Below, one piece after another: positions 21,461 to 30,864 of a stretch of DNA of 64,000 bases. The first letter of the stretch is position 1. The number at the start of each line of letters is the position of its first letter. Under the pieces are notes generated by a model. That model was given only the letters and a program-made list of their open reading frames with translations. It did not search any database and had not been told where the DNA came from. Both the position numbers and the translations under genes were made by a program. The stretch spans positions 23,312 to 87,311 of the forward strand of contig JBBDIL010000020.1 of NCBI GenBank assembly GCA_040880425.1, written 5' to 3'. Origin of the DNA: Burkholderiales bacterium (GTDB lineage Bacteria > Pseudomonadota > Gammaproteobacteria > Burkholderiales > Eutrophovitaceae).

Positions 21461-22078
21461 TCAGTATTCCACCGGAATCGGATCCAGCGATCGCCACAGA
21501 TACCAGGTGGCCACCGTGCGCCAGGGCTGCCATTCGTTGCCGATCGAGCGCATCTTGAGTTTGGACAGCGGTTTGCCGTCGTTGTAGTGCAGACTCATGG
21601 CGCGCTGCAGTCCGATATCGTCGATCGGCAGAATATTCGGGCGCATCATGAAGAAGATCAAAAACATCTCCGCCGTCCAGCGGCCGATGCCCTTGACCTT
21701 GGTGAGTTCCTCGATGAGTTGCTCGTCCTCGCGATCGCTCCAGTTCTCGATGTCCAGCGAACCGTCAAGGAAATGCTCGGCAAGGTCGAGCAGATAAGTG
21801 GATTTCTTGCTGGACAAGCCGCATGCGCGCAGGCGGGCCGGATCCATTCTCACAATGGTCGCGGGGCCGAGGCTGCCGACCGATTCCAGCAGCTTCTGCC
21901 ATACGCTTTCCGCCGCCTGAACCGAAATCTGCTGACCGATGATGGAACGCGCGAGCGTGACGAACGCGTCGCCGCGACTCTGCAGACTGGGACCGTCGTG
22001 ATTGCGGATCAGTACCCGCAGCACGTTGTCCTTCGAGGCAAGCGTGGAAGAGGCTTCAGCCCAATAGGATGGCGTCAT
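21461..22078 (-). CDS. DNA-3-methyladenine glycosylase II-like HhH-GPD base-excision enzyme
   Basis: A 205-aa protein with an HhH-GPD motif region (KVKGIGRWTAEMFLIF ... PIDDIGLQRA). Confidence 0.75.
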   Translation of the reverse strand: MTPSYWAEASSTLASKDNVLRVLIRNHDGPSLQSRGDAFVTLARSIIGQQISVQAAESVWQKLLESVGSLGPATIVRMDPARLRACGLSSKKSTYLLDLAEHFLDGSLDIENWSDREDEQLIEELTKVKGIGRWTAEMFLIFFMMRPNILPIDDIGLQRAMSLHYNDGKPLSKLKMRSIGNEWQPWRTVATWYLWRSLDPIPVEY

Positions 22079-22181
22079 AATGCAACGAAGGCGGGCTATG
22101 CTGCTGCACTGGACCCGAAAATGTCATGCGATGAATCTGCGCGAGTATACATGGCAATTTCCCGGAGCTGGGGGTCTCGCT

Positions 22182-22739
22182 TCAGCGCTTCACGTCGGCG
22201 AGCCGGTTGCGCTGCCGCTTGCGCCAGCTCCACCAGACATGAATGCGCCACGTCACGATGACAAGCACGTAGCCGGCAACGGCGAGAAGGATTGCGAGCA
22301 GGGACGCGCCGACAATGAAGGGTTTGCCCATGGAGGAAACCCAGCCGATCACCGCCGGGATCCAGTCGCTCACCGGCAGCGCCCAGAGATCGATCTGCCG
22401 GGGCGGTCGGGTCGGACCGGTGCCGATCACCATCTGCCCGAGCTTGTAGGCGCTGAAATACAACGGAACGATGGTGAACGGGTTGGTATAAAAAGTGGTA
22501 ATGGCAGCCACCGGAAGGTTGACCCGCAGAATCACGGCAATGATGGCTGCCGACACCATCTGCACCGGTCCGGGAATCATGCCGGCAAACATGCCGACGG
22601 CGACTCCGCCGGCGACCGACTTGCGATTCAGGTGCCAGAGATTGTGATGGTGAAGCGCCGTGCCGAGAAACCGAAGCCACCGGTTGTCGCGGATGCTTTC
22701 GTTGCTCGGGAGGTACTTGCGAAATAACTTGCGCGGCAT
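22182..22739 (-). CDS. DUF2062-family membrane protein
   Basis: Only the 3' 558 nt of track ORF 22182..23951 are protein-like (MPRKLFRKYLPSNESIRDNRWLRFLG..., 3-4 TM segments). The remainder is antisense to comEC. Confidence 0.65.
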   Translation of the reverse strand: MPRKLFRKYLPSNESIRDNRWLRFLGTALHHHNLWHLNRKSVAGGVAVGMFAGMIPGPVQMVSAAIIAVILRVNLPVAAITTFYTNPFTIVPLYFSAYKLGQMVIGTGPTRPPRQIDLWALPVSDWIPAVIGWVSSMGKPFIVGASLLAILLAVAGYVLVIVTWRIHVWWSWRKRQRNRLADVKR

Positions 22740-22766
22740 TAGGCGGCCGGATTGTACTGGAACTCG

Positions 22767-25124
22767 ATGAAGACCCTGGTTCTTGCAGTTGCGTTCGCCA
22801 TCGGCGCATGGACGCTGTATCAGCAGCCCATTCTCCCACCTTTGACCGCTTTCCCGGCGGTCGTTCCATTCGCGGTGTGCGCCTGGTTTCTCGGACGGCT
22901 GCGCGGTGTGACGTTCACGGTTCTGCGCTTCGCATGCGTGCTGGCGGCATTCGCGATCTGCGGATTCCTGTGGGCGGCCGGAGCCGCACAACTGCGGCTG
23001 GCCGAGTCCCTGCCGCATCACTGGCAGGGCCGCGATGTGGAGATCGAAGGCGTGGTCGCGGAAATGACCCAGCCCGGCGACCGATCCACACGGTTTGTGT
23101 TCGAGGTGGAGAAGACCTATACGCCCGGAGCCGCGATTCCACGCCGAATCTCGCTCAGCTGGTACGAGGACTCCCGGGCGATCGCTTCCGCGGCAAGCGC
23201 ATTGCGCGCGGGGCAGCGCTGGCGGATGACGGTACGCCTGCGGCGTCCGCATGGCAGCGCCAATCCACATGGTTTCGATGTCGAGGCATGGATGCTGGAA
23301 CGTGGCATACGTGCCAGCGGCTATGTCCGGAATGCGCCGGCGGGGCAACTGATCACGGGGCTGGTGCCGTACCCGGGATACCTGGTGCAGCGTGCGAGAG
23401 AGCAGGTGCGCTCGAGACTCGGGCGTTCGCTCGACGATAGGGAATACCGCGGAGTCATCGTCGCGCTGGCCATCGGCGACCAGCGAGCCATTCCACCCGC
23501 GCAGTGGAAAGTGTTCACGCGGACCGGAACCAACCATCTGGTCTCGATCTCCGGGCTGCATATCACCATGGTGGCCGGCCTGGTGTACGCGGTAATGATG
23601 CGTGTCTGGCGGCGTTTCGAGGGATTGTCGGCGCGTGTTCCGGCGATGCGGGCGGCGATCGCTTTCGGTGCCGCTGCGGCACTGGCCTATGCGACGCTGT
23701 CCGGATTCGCGGTGCCGGCGCAGCGTGCGATCTGCATGCTGATGGTCATTGCCGCGGCATTGTGGAGTGGATGGCGCTGGCCCTGGCCGACCATCCTCGG
23801 GCTGGCGCTGTTTGCGGTTCTCTTGTTCGACCCGATGGCGGTCAACGCCCCCGGGTTCTGGCTGTCCTTCGGTGCCGTCGCCGCCATCCTGATGACGGGC
23901 AGTTCCATACTGCAGCCGGGAAACTGGGCCCACACGCTCGTTCGCACACAATGGGCCGTGACCATCGCCCTCGCACCACTCCTTCTGGCGCTGTTCCAGC
24001 AGGTATCGATCGTGTCGCCAATTGCGAATGCGGTAGCTATACCGGTGGTCAGCCTGCTGGTGGCACCGATGGCGCTGCTAAGCATCGTATTGCCTTTCGA
24101 TGCGATTGCGCAGGCCGCGCACGTAGTGATGGCGCTATGCATGCGTTTTCTCGAGTTGCTGGCGGGTCTGCCGGACGCGGCCTGGCAACAGCATGCGCCG
24201 CCTGCCTGGTCGGTGCCGCTTGCACTGGCCGGCGCCGCCTGGATGCTGTTGCCGCGCGGATTCCCCGCGCGCTGGCTGGGGCTGGTCGCGCTCGCGCCGC
24301 TGTTCCTGGTCACGCCTTCGCGCCCCGGGCCCGGCGAGCTGTGGCTGACGGTGCTGGACGTGGGGCAGGGCATGGCGGTGGTTGCGCGGACCCGTTCGCA
24401 CGCTTTGCTGTACGACACCGGACCGGCGTTCTCCGCTTCCACCGACGCCGGCGAGCGGATCGTCGTGCCCTACCTGCGCGGAGACGGCGTAAGGCGTCTG
24501 GATTCGCTGCTGGTGAGCCACGACGATACCGATCACAGCGGAGGCGCCGTGGCAGTGCTGTCTGCGCTGCCGGTGGCGCGGCTGCGCTCGTCGCTGCCCG
24601 CATCGCACCCAGCGCATGGTTTTGCAGCGGCGTCGGAACCTTGCGCGCAGGGGCAATCCTGGGTATGGGACGGGGTAGGTTTCGAGGTCCTGCATCCGCG
24701 GACCGGCAGCTATAATGAAACGCGCATACGCGACAACGACCGCAGCTGCGTGCTGCATATCTCATCGGCGCATGGCAGCGTGCTGATCCCCGGCGACATC
24801 GAAATGCGTTCTGAACTGGAGCTGCTGCGCAACCGGCGCGGTGCGCTGGCGGCCGACATCCTGCTGGCGCCGCATCATGGCAGCCGCACGTCGTCCTCGG
24901 AGAGATTCGTCGCGGAAGTGGGCGCGCGCCATGTCGTCTTCGCGGTCGGTCATCGCAACCGCTTCGGTCATCCGCATCCGCAGGTGGTGGCGCGCTATCG
25001 CGCGCGCGGTGCGCAGCTGCACCGTACCGACGTCGCCGGTGCGGTGACGTTCAGGCTGACCAAGGGCGGTATCGAGACCTCGCACTGGCGTACGCAGGCG
25101 CCGCGGTTCTGGCACGGCCAATGA
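22767..25124 (+). CDS. comEC: DNA internalization-related competence protein ComEC/Rec2
   Basis: Multi-TM competence domain plus a C-terminal metallo-beta-lactamase fold (VSHDDTDHSGG, APHHGS). I chose ATG 22767. Confidence 0.85.
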   Translation: MKTLVLAVAFAIGAWTLYQQPILPPLTAFPAVVPFAVCAWFLGRLRGVTFTVLRFACVLAAFAICGFLWAAGAAQLRLAESLPHHWQGRDVEIEGVVAEMTQPGDRSTRFVFEVEKTYTPGAAIPRRISLSWYEDSRAIASAASALRAGQRWRMTVRLRRPHGSANPHGFDVEAWMLERGIRASGYVRNAPAGQLITGLVPYPGYLVQRAREQVRSRLGRSLDDREYRGVIVALAIGDQRAIPPAQWKVFTRTGTNHLVSISGLHITMVAGLVYAVMMRVWRRFEGLSARVPAMRAAIAFGAAAALAYATLSGFAVPAQRAICMLMVIAAALWSGWRWPWPTILGLALFAVLLFDPMAVNAPGFWLSFGAVAAILMTGSSILQPGNWAHTLVRTQWAVTIALAPLLLALFQQVSIVSPIANAVAIPVVSLLVAPMALLSIVLPFDAIAQAAHVVMALCMRFLELLAGLPDAAWQQHAPPAWSVPLALAGAAWMLLPRGFPARWLGLVALAPLFLVTPSRPGPGELWLTVLDVGQGMAVVARTRSHALLYDTGPAFSASTDAGERIVVPYLRGDGVRRLDSLLVSHDDTDHSGGAVAVLSALPVARLRSSLPASHPAHGFAAASEPCAQGQSWVWDGVGFEVLHPRTGSYNETRIRDNDRSCVLHISSAHGSVLIPGDIEMRSELELLRNRRGALAADILLAPHHGSRTSSSERFVAEVGARHVVFAVGHRNRFGHPHPQVVARYRARGAQLHRTDVAGAVTFRLTKGGIETSHWRTQAPRFWHGQ

Positions 25125-27298
25125 GCATTCCCCGGACGAAGGCGGCCGAATCCGCATTGGAACCTGAGCGCTGGCTGGATGCGCTGACCGTCAGGCTGCC
25201 GGAGGCCGAACGCGACCTGGTGGCGCGCGCGCATGCGTATGCAAGTCGCGCGTACGGCGAGGGAGGCAGGATGATGGCTCACGCACGCGGTGTCGCCGGA
25301 GTCCTGGGAGCGTTGCGCATGGACGGTGAGTCGTTGGCCGCCGCCCTGCTGCTCGGCGTCGACCTTGAAAAGCGTCAGCAGCGGGAGGCGTTGGAAAAGG
25401 CGGTGGGCAGCGACGTGCTGCCGTTACTGGACGGCGTTGCCCGCATGGCGCCGATACAGGCGCTGCGGGAATGTGCGCAGACCGCGGCGCGCTCCTCCGA
25501 CAAGGCGGCCCAGCTCGAAGCGCTGCGCAAGATGCTGCTGGCCATGGTGCAGGACGTGCGGGTGGTGCTGGTCAGACTCGCCGACCAGGTGCAGTTGTTG
25601 CGCGAACTGGCGGCGGGCGGCAGCGAACAGGAGCGGCAGGACGCCGCCGGCGATGCGCTGGAACTGCTCGCGCCGCTCGCCAACCGGCTTGGCGTCTGGC
25701 AGCTCAAATGGGAACTCGAGGACCTCGCGTTCCGCTGTCTCGAGCCGGATACCTACAAGAGCATCGCCCGCAAGCTGGACGAGAAACGCATCGACCGCGA
25801 AGCGTATATCGGCGAAGTGACGGAAGTGCTCAGGGAAGCGCTTGCGCAGGCCGGAATCCGCGCCGACGTCATGGGCCGGCCGAAGCACATCTACAGCATC
25901 TTCCGGAAAATGCAGCGCAAGAACGTCGGCTTCGAGGACCTGTCCGACGTGCGCGCCGTGCGCGTGCTGGTGGAAGACACTCGCGATTGCTATGCGGTGC
26001 TGGGACTGGCGCATCAGTTGTGGACGCCGATTCCGGGTGAGTTCGACGATTACATCGCCAAGCCGAAGGCGAACGACTACCGCTCGTTGCATACCGCGGT
26101 GGTGGGGCCGGAGAGCCGTGTACTGGAGGTGCAGATCCGCACCCGCGAGATGCACCGGCACGCAGAGCTCGGGGTGGCGGCGCACTGGCGGTACAAGGAG
26201 TCGGCGCGGCCGGATCCACGCTACGACCGCAAGCTGTCCTGGCTGCGCAGCATTCTCGACTGGCGCGAAGATCTGGCGGATGCCGCCGATCTCGCCGAAT
26301 CCTTTCGTGGCGAGCTGCTGGAAGACAGCGTCTACCTGCTGACGCCGCAGGGCCGGGTGATCGACCTGCCGCAGGGCGCGACGCCGGTAGATTTTGCCTA
26401 TCGCGTGCATACCGATCTCGGGCATCGCTGTCGCGGCGCGCGGGTGAACGGACAGATGGTGCCGCTCAACTTCACGCTGTCGAACGGGCAGGTGGTTGAG
26501 ATCGTTGCGGCGAAGGAGGGCGGACCGTCCAGGGACTGGTTGAACCCGGCGCTCGGATTCCTGCGCGGCAATCGCGCGCGTACCAAGGTCAGGCAGTGGT
26601 TCAACAGCCAGGCGCTGGACGATGTCGTCGCGCAGGGACGGGCCGCGCTGGAAAAGGAACTGCACCGGCTGGGCGCGTCCGGACTGGGTTTCGAGGAACT
26701 TGCATCCCGGCTGGGTCATGCCCGTCCGGAAGACCTGTTCGCGGCCTACCTGCGGGGCGACATCAGCAGCCGGCAGATGCAGATTGCCGTTCGCGGAGAA
26801 GAACAACCCGCACCGCCGGCGCCTTCGCCGCCGGCAACCTCCAGCGAGTCGCGCAGTGCAGGCGCGCCCGGCGTGCTGATCGTCGGCGTGGACAAGTTGC
26901 TGACCGCGCTCGGCCGCTGCTGCAAACCCGCGCCGCCGGACCCGATCGTGGGGTTTGTCACCCGCGGCAAAGGCGTGACGGTGCATCGAAGGTCATGCAG
27001 TAATTTGAAGCGGCTTCCGGGCGAAAGGCTGATTGCGGCCGGCTGGAGTGAGGACACCCGGGAGGCGCGATTCCCGGTCGATGTCGAGATCGAGGCAGGC
27101 GGTCAGCAAGAAGTGATGCAGGCCGTGCTGGATATGTTGTCCAGGGAGAAGGTGAAGGTACTCGGCAGCCGCTGGCAACTGCACGATCTGAACCTGCGTA
27201 TCGGCTACACGCTGGAAGTGACCGGGCTCGATCAGCTCACCCGCCTGCTGGCGCAGATCCGCGGGGTGCCGGGCGTCCTCGGCGCGAGGCGGCGCTAG
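25121..27298 (+). CDS. relA: GTP pyrophosphokinase RelA ((p)ppGpp synthetase I)
   Basis: RelA/SpoT synthetase core (RPKHIYSIFRKM, YRSLHT, EVQIRT), TGS and ACT regions. The hydrolase HD motif is degenerate (AALLLGV). ATGA overlap with comEC. Confidence 0.85.
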   Translation: MSIPRTKAAESALEPERWLDALTVRLPEAERDLVARAHAYASRAYGEGGRMMAHARGVAGVLGALRMDGESLAAALLLGVDLEKRQQREALEKAVGSDVLPLLDGVARMAPIQALRECAQTAARSSDKAAQLEALRKMLLAMVQDVRVVLVRLADQVQLLRELAAGGSEQERQDAAGDALELLAPLANRLGVWQLKWELEDLAFRCLEPDTYKSIARKLDEKRIDREAYIGEVTEVLREALAQAGIRADVMGRPKHIYSIFRKMQRKNVGFEDLSDVRAVRVLVEDTRDCYAVLGLAHQLWTPIPGEFDDYIAKPKANDYRSLHTAVVGPESRVLEVQIRTREMHRHAELGVAAHWRYKESARPDPRYDRKLSWLRSILDWREDLADAADLAESFRGELLEDSVYLLTPQGRVIDLPQGATPVDFAYRVHTDLGHRCRGARVNGQMVPLNFTLSNGQVVEIVAAKEGGPSRDWLNPALGFLRGNRARTKVRQWFNSQALDDVVAQGRAALEKELHRLGASGLGFEELASRLGHARPEDLFAAYLRGDISSRQMQIAVRGEEQPAPPAPSPPATSSESRSAGAPGVLIVGVDKLLTALGRCCKPAPPDPIVGFVTRGKGVTVHRRSCSNLKRLPGERLIAAGWSEDTREARFPVDVEIEAGGQQEVMQAVLDMLSREKVKVLGSRWQLHDLNLRIGYTLEVTGLDQLTRLLAQIRGVPGVLGARRR

Positions 27299-27326
27299 CG
27301 GAAACGCGGTCGCGTGGGCGAAGAGT

Positions 27327-27356
27327 TTGATGCCGCAAAAGGTTTTCGGATAGAAT
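27327..27356 (+). promoter_or_regulatory. Candidate stable-RNA promoter for tRNA-Val (-35 TTGATG, 18-nt spacer, -10 TAGAAT, GC-rich discriminator CCGCCGC)
   Basis: Hexamers read directly. The GC-rich discriminator between the -10 and the tRNA 5' end is typical of stringently controlled promoters. Confidence 0.5.
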
Positions 27357-27368
27357 CCGCCGCTCGAC

Positions 27369-27445
27369 AGGCGCGTAGCTCAGCTGGTTAGAGCATCACC
27401 TTGACATGGTGGGGGTCGTTGGTTCGAGTCCAATCGCGCCTACCA
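27369..27445 (+). tRNA. tRNA-Val (anticodon GAC)
   Basis: I folded the cloverleaf manually: acceptor AGGCGCG/CGCGCCT, D-arm GCTC..GAGC, anticodon loop TTGACAT, T-arm GTTGG-TTCGAGT-CCAAT, encoded CCA. Confidence 0.9.
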
Positions 27446-27459
27446 ACATCCAGGACAGA

Positions 27460-27501
27460 ATGAACATGAGCGGGTTTCGAACGACCGAGACGGGTTGCTA
27501 G
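27460..27501 (+). other. Candidate 13-codon leader ORF MNMSGFRTTETGC* (three Thr codons) upstream of thrS
   Basis: AGGA at 27452-27455, ATG at 27460, Thr codons ACG ACC (GAG) ACG at 27481-27492, TAG at 27499-27501. It overlaps the left arm of the following hairpin. Confidence 0.35.
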
Positions 27502-27524
27502 CCAGGCAGTCGAACCCATTTTTT
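27472..27524 (+). terminator. Imperfect hairpin (27472-27485 pairs with 27509-27517) followed by A-T6
   Basis: About 9 bp with bulges, read by eye, with a U-rich tract immediately 3'. Confidence 0.4.
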
Positions 27525-27541
27525 CGTTTGTTTTGTCGGAG

Positions 27542-27570
27542 AAAGTGCGGTTTAACCGCACTTTTTTTTT
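27542..27570 (+). terminator. Rho-independent terminator (9-bp stem AAAGTGCGG/CCGCACTTT, 5-nt loop, T9), 15 nt upstream of the thrS ATG
   Basis: Perfect stem and T-run, read directly. Confidence 0.8.
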
Positions 27571-27584
27571 AGCCAGATCAATTC

Positions 27585-29498
27585 ATGCCTAATGTTCGTC
27601 TGCCAGACGGCGCGGTGAAGCGCTTCGATAAACCGGTGACGGTAGCTGAAATCGCTGCCGAAATCGGTCCTGGTCTGGCGCGCGCGGCGGTTGCCGGGCG
27701 CGTCGACGGCAAGCTGGTCGATACGTCTCACGTTGTCGATCGGGACGCCGATATCGCGATCGTCACGCCTGGCGATACCGATGGGCTCGAGATCCTCCGG
27801 CATTCCACCGCGCACCTGCTCGCGCATGCGGTGAAGGAGTTGTTTCCCGATGCGCAGGTGACGATCGGGCCGGTGATCGAAGACGGTTTCTATTACGACT
27901 TCTCGTACAAGCGCCCCTTCACGCCGGAGGACCTGACGGCAATCGAGAAGCGCATGGCGGACATCGCCAAGCGCGATTACCCGGTCAGCCGCAAGCTGAT
28001 GGAGCGCACCGATGCGATCAATCTGTTCAAGAACCAGGGTGAGCACTACAAAGCGCAGATCATCGAGGCGATTCCAAGCGAAGAGCCGATATCGCTTTAC
28101 GGGCAGGGTGAGTTCGTCGATCTGTGCCGTGGGCCGCACGTGCCCTCGACCGGCAAGCTCAAGGTTTTCAAGCTGCTGAAAGTGGCCGGCGCCTACTGGC
28201 GCGGCGACTCGAAGAACGAAATGCTGCAGCGGATCTATGGCACCGCCTGGGCCAGGAAAGAAGATCTGGACGCCTACCTGTACCGGCTGGAGGAAGCCGA
28301 GAAACGCGACCATCGGCGTCTAGGCCGGCAGCTTGACCTGTTTCACACCCAGGATGAGGCGCCCGGCATGGTCTTCTGGCATCCGAAGGGCTGGACCATC
28401 TGGCAGCAAGTCGAGCAGTACATGCGGCGGGCCCAGGAACAGCGCGGTTACCGGGAGGTGCGTACCCCGCAGGTGATGGACCGCTCTCTGTGGGAGAAAT
28501 CCGGTCACTGGGAAAACTACCGGGACCTGATGTTCACCACCGAGTCGGAGAAGCGCGATTACGCGGTGAAACCGATGAACTGCCCCGGACATGTGCAGAT
28601 CTACAACCAGGGCGTTCGCAGTTACCGGGATCTGCCGCTGCGTCTGGCGGAATTCGGTTCCTGCCATCGCAACGAGCCGTCCGGCGCGCTGCACGGGATC
28701 ATGCGCGTCCGGGCCTTTACCCAGGACGATGGCCATATTTTCTGCAAGCCGGAGCAGATCGAGCCCGAGGTGATGGATTTCCACCGTTTCGCCCTCAAGG
28801 TCTACTCGGATTTCGGCTTCGAGGATGTCAAGGTCAAGCTCGCGCTACGGCCCGAGAAACGCCTCGGCGGCGACGCTGTCTGGGACCATGCGGAGGCTGC
28901 GCTGCGCAAGGCGCTCGCTGGCTGCGGAGTGAAATGGGAAGAATTGCCCGGGGAGGGTGCCTTCTACGGGCCCAAGATCGAGTATCACCTGAAGGACAGC
29001 ATCGGCCGGGCCTGGCAGTGCGGCACCATGCAGGTGGACTTCATGATGCCCGAGCGCCTGGGCGCGGAATACGTAGACGAAGACAATTCCCGCAAGGTGC
29101 CGGTGATGCTGCACCGGGCGATCGTCGGATCGCTGGAGCGCTTCATCGGCATGCTGATCGAGCATTACTCGGGCGCATTGCCGCTTTGGCTCGCGCCCCA
29201 GCAGGTGGTGGTCATGAACATCTCGGAAGGGCAGGCTGCCTATGCCCGGGACATCGCCACCCGGTTGCAGGGTTCGGGCCTCAGGGCCTTCGCCGACTTG
29301 AGGAACGAGAAAATAACCTATAAAATCCGCGAACATAGTTTGCAAAAGCTGCCATACCAGCTGATCGTTGGGGACAAGGAAGTGGCAGCGAACATGGTCG
29401 CCGTGCGAACCCGAGGAGGTGGCGATCTCGGTCAGATGCCGTTCGAGACATTTCTGGAGCGCATCCGGTCCGAGGCTGCCGTGGGCGGTGCGGCGTAA
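27585..29498 (+). CDS. thrS: Threonyl-tRNA synthetase
   Basis: The 637-aa protein is collinear with E. coli ThrRS (MPNVRLPDG..., [22 protein letters not shown]). Confidence 0.95.
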   Translation: MPNVRLPDGAVKRFDKPVTVAEIAAEIGPGLARAAVAGRVDGKLVDTSHVVDRDADIAIVTPGDTDGLEILRHSTAHLLAHAVKELFPDAQVTIGPVIEDGFYYDFSYKRPFTPEDLTAIEKRMADIAKRDYPVSRKLMERTDAINLFKNQGEHYKAQIIEAIPSEEPISLYGQGEFVDLCRGPHVPSTGKLKVFKLLKVAGAYWRGDSKNEMLQRIYGTAWARKEDLDAYLYRLEEAEKRDHRRLGRQLDLFHTQDEAPGMVFWHPKGWTIWQQVEQYMRRAQEQRGYREVRTPQVMDRSLWEKSGHWENYRDLMFTTESEKRDYAVKPMNCPGHVQIYNQGVRSYRDLPLRLAEFGSCHRNEPSGALHGIMRVRAFTQDDGHIFCKPEQIEPEVMDFHRFALKVYSDFGFEDVKVKLALRPEKRLGGDAVWDHAEAALRKALAGCGVKWEELPGEGAFYGPKIEYHLKDSIGRAWQCGTMQVDFMMPERLGAEYVDEDNSRKVPVMLHRAIVGSLERFIGMLIEHYSGALPLWLAPQQVVVMNISEGQAAYARDIATRLQGSGLRAFADLRNEKITYKIREHSLQKLPYQLIVGDKEVAANMVAVRTRGGGDLGQMPFETFLERIRSEAAVGGAA

Positions 29499-29522
29499 TT
29501 TTTTTGTGAAGGAGGACTGCCG

Positions 29523-30041
29523 ATAGCTCAGGATAAGGATGCAAGGATCAACGGCGAGATCAACGCGCCGCAGATCCGCTTGATCGGGACCAAAGGCGAG
29601 CAGATCGGGATCGTGCCGATCGACAAGGCGCTCGCGATGGCGGAAGAACAGGAAATCGACCTGGTCGAGATTGCGCCGACCGCGGAACCTCCGGTTTGCC
29701 GGCTGATGGATTACGGCAAATTCAAGTACAACGAGGCGAAGAAGCGGCACGAGGCCAAGCTCAAGCAGAAGCAGATCCAGGTCAAGGAAGTCAAATTCCG
29801 GCCGGGTACTGACGAGGGCGACTACCAAATCAAGCTCCGCAACCTCGTTCGTTTTCTGGATGAGGGAGACAAGGCCAAGGTTACGTTGCGTTTTCGCGGG
29901 CGAGAGATGGCGCACCAGGAGTTCGGCATACGGCTTCTCGAGCGTGTCAGGTCGGATCTGGAAGAGCACGGCGTAGTCGAGCAGTTTCCAAAGATGGAAG
30001 GCCGGCAACTGGTGATGGTGATCGGCCCGAAAAAGAAGTAG
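29523..30041 (+). CDS. infC: Translation initiation factor IF-3, with a non-canonical ATA start
   Basis: Track ORF 29580..30041 lacks the conserved N-terminus. The in-frame extension gives (I)[21 protein letters not shown].... GGAGG at 29511-29515 lies 7 nt before ATA 29523. Rare starts (AUU in E. coli) are a known IF3 autoregulatory feature. Confidence 0.85.
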   Translation: MAQDKDARINGEINAPQIRLIGTKGEQIGIVPIDKALAMAEEQEIDLVEIAPTAEPPVCRLMDYGKFKYNEAKKRHEAKLKQKQIQVKEVKFRPGTDEGDYQIKLRNLVRFLDEGDKAKVTLRFRGREMAHQEFGIRLLERVRSDLEEHGVVEQFPKMEGRQLVMVIGPKKK

Positions 30042-30215
30042 CGCAACACAGGTAGCAGTGACCGGAGGCCGGGTTGCCGGTTCACGGACAGTAGAAGCAG
30101 CAACGGTCGCGGCAAAACTCGAATGCCGCAGATCAGGATTTCCATTACAAGTGATTTCCAGGCACTGAAGCGCCCCGCCGGGGACGCCTGGAGTCAGGCT
30201 AAAACAGGAGTAGTC

Positions 30216-30413
30216 ATGCCCAAGCTCAAGACCAAGAGCGGCGCGGCGAAGCGCTTCCGCTTCACCGGAAGCGGCGGAATAAAACGCTCGCGCGCCTTTC
30301 TGCGCCATATCCTCACGAAGAAGTCGACCAAGCGCAAGCGTCACCTGCGCGGGACGACACTGGTCAACGCATCGGACAAGCGCGCAATCCGCGCGATGTT
30401 GCCCAATTCGTAA
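30216..30413 (+). CDS. rpmI: 50S ribosomal protein L35
   Basis: [20 protein letters not shown]..., with the SD ACAGGAG upstream of ATG 30216. Confidence 0.9.
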   Translation: MPKLKTKSGAAKRFRFTGSGGIKRSRAFLRHILTKKSTKRKRHLRGTTLVNASDKRAIRAMLPNS

Positions 30414-30425
30414 GGAGGCGAAGCC

Positions 30426-30785
30426 ATGCCAAGAGTAAAGCGCGGAGTAACCGCAAGGGCGCGTCATAAGAAAGTTCTCGAACAGGCGAAAGGATTCCGC
30501 GGGCGGCGCAAGAACGTCTACCGCGTCGCCAAGCAGGCGGTGATGAAGGCGGGGCAGTACGCTTATCGCGACCGCCGCAACAAAAAGCGCGAATTTCGTG
30601 CATTGTGGATCGTGCGGATCAACGCCGCGGCCCGCGAATTCGGGTTGACCTACAGCACGCTGATAAACGGATTGAAGAAGGCGCAGGTCGAGGTGGATCG
30701 CAAGGTTCTGGCGGACATCGCGGTTTTCGACCGGGCCGCGTTCGAGAAGATCGCGACACAGGCGAAAGCGAGCCTCGCAGCCTAG
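30426..30785 (+). CDS. rplT: 50S ribosomal protein L20
   Basis: [18 protein letters not shown]... over 119 aa. Confidence 0.95.
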   Translation: MPRVKRGVTARARHKKVLEQAKGFRGRRKNVYRVAKQAVMKAGQYAYRDRRNKKREFRALWIVRINAAAREFGLTYSTLINGLKKAQVEVDRKVLADIAVFDRAAFEKIATQAKASLAA

Positions 30786-30801
30786 GCCGCCGGAGGGGAG
30801 C

Positions 30802-30829
30802 AAAAGGAGGCTTGCGGGCCTCCTTTTTT
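30802..30829 (+). terminator. Hairpin (AAAAGGAGGC/GCCTCCTTTT, 6-nt loop) with T6 between rplT and pheS
   Basis: Read directly. It lies 35 nt upstream of the pheS ATG. Confidence 0.65.
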
Positions 30830-30864
30830 GTTGGCGGACGGGATATCTGCCGGAATAGTGAGAG

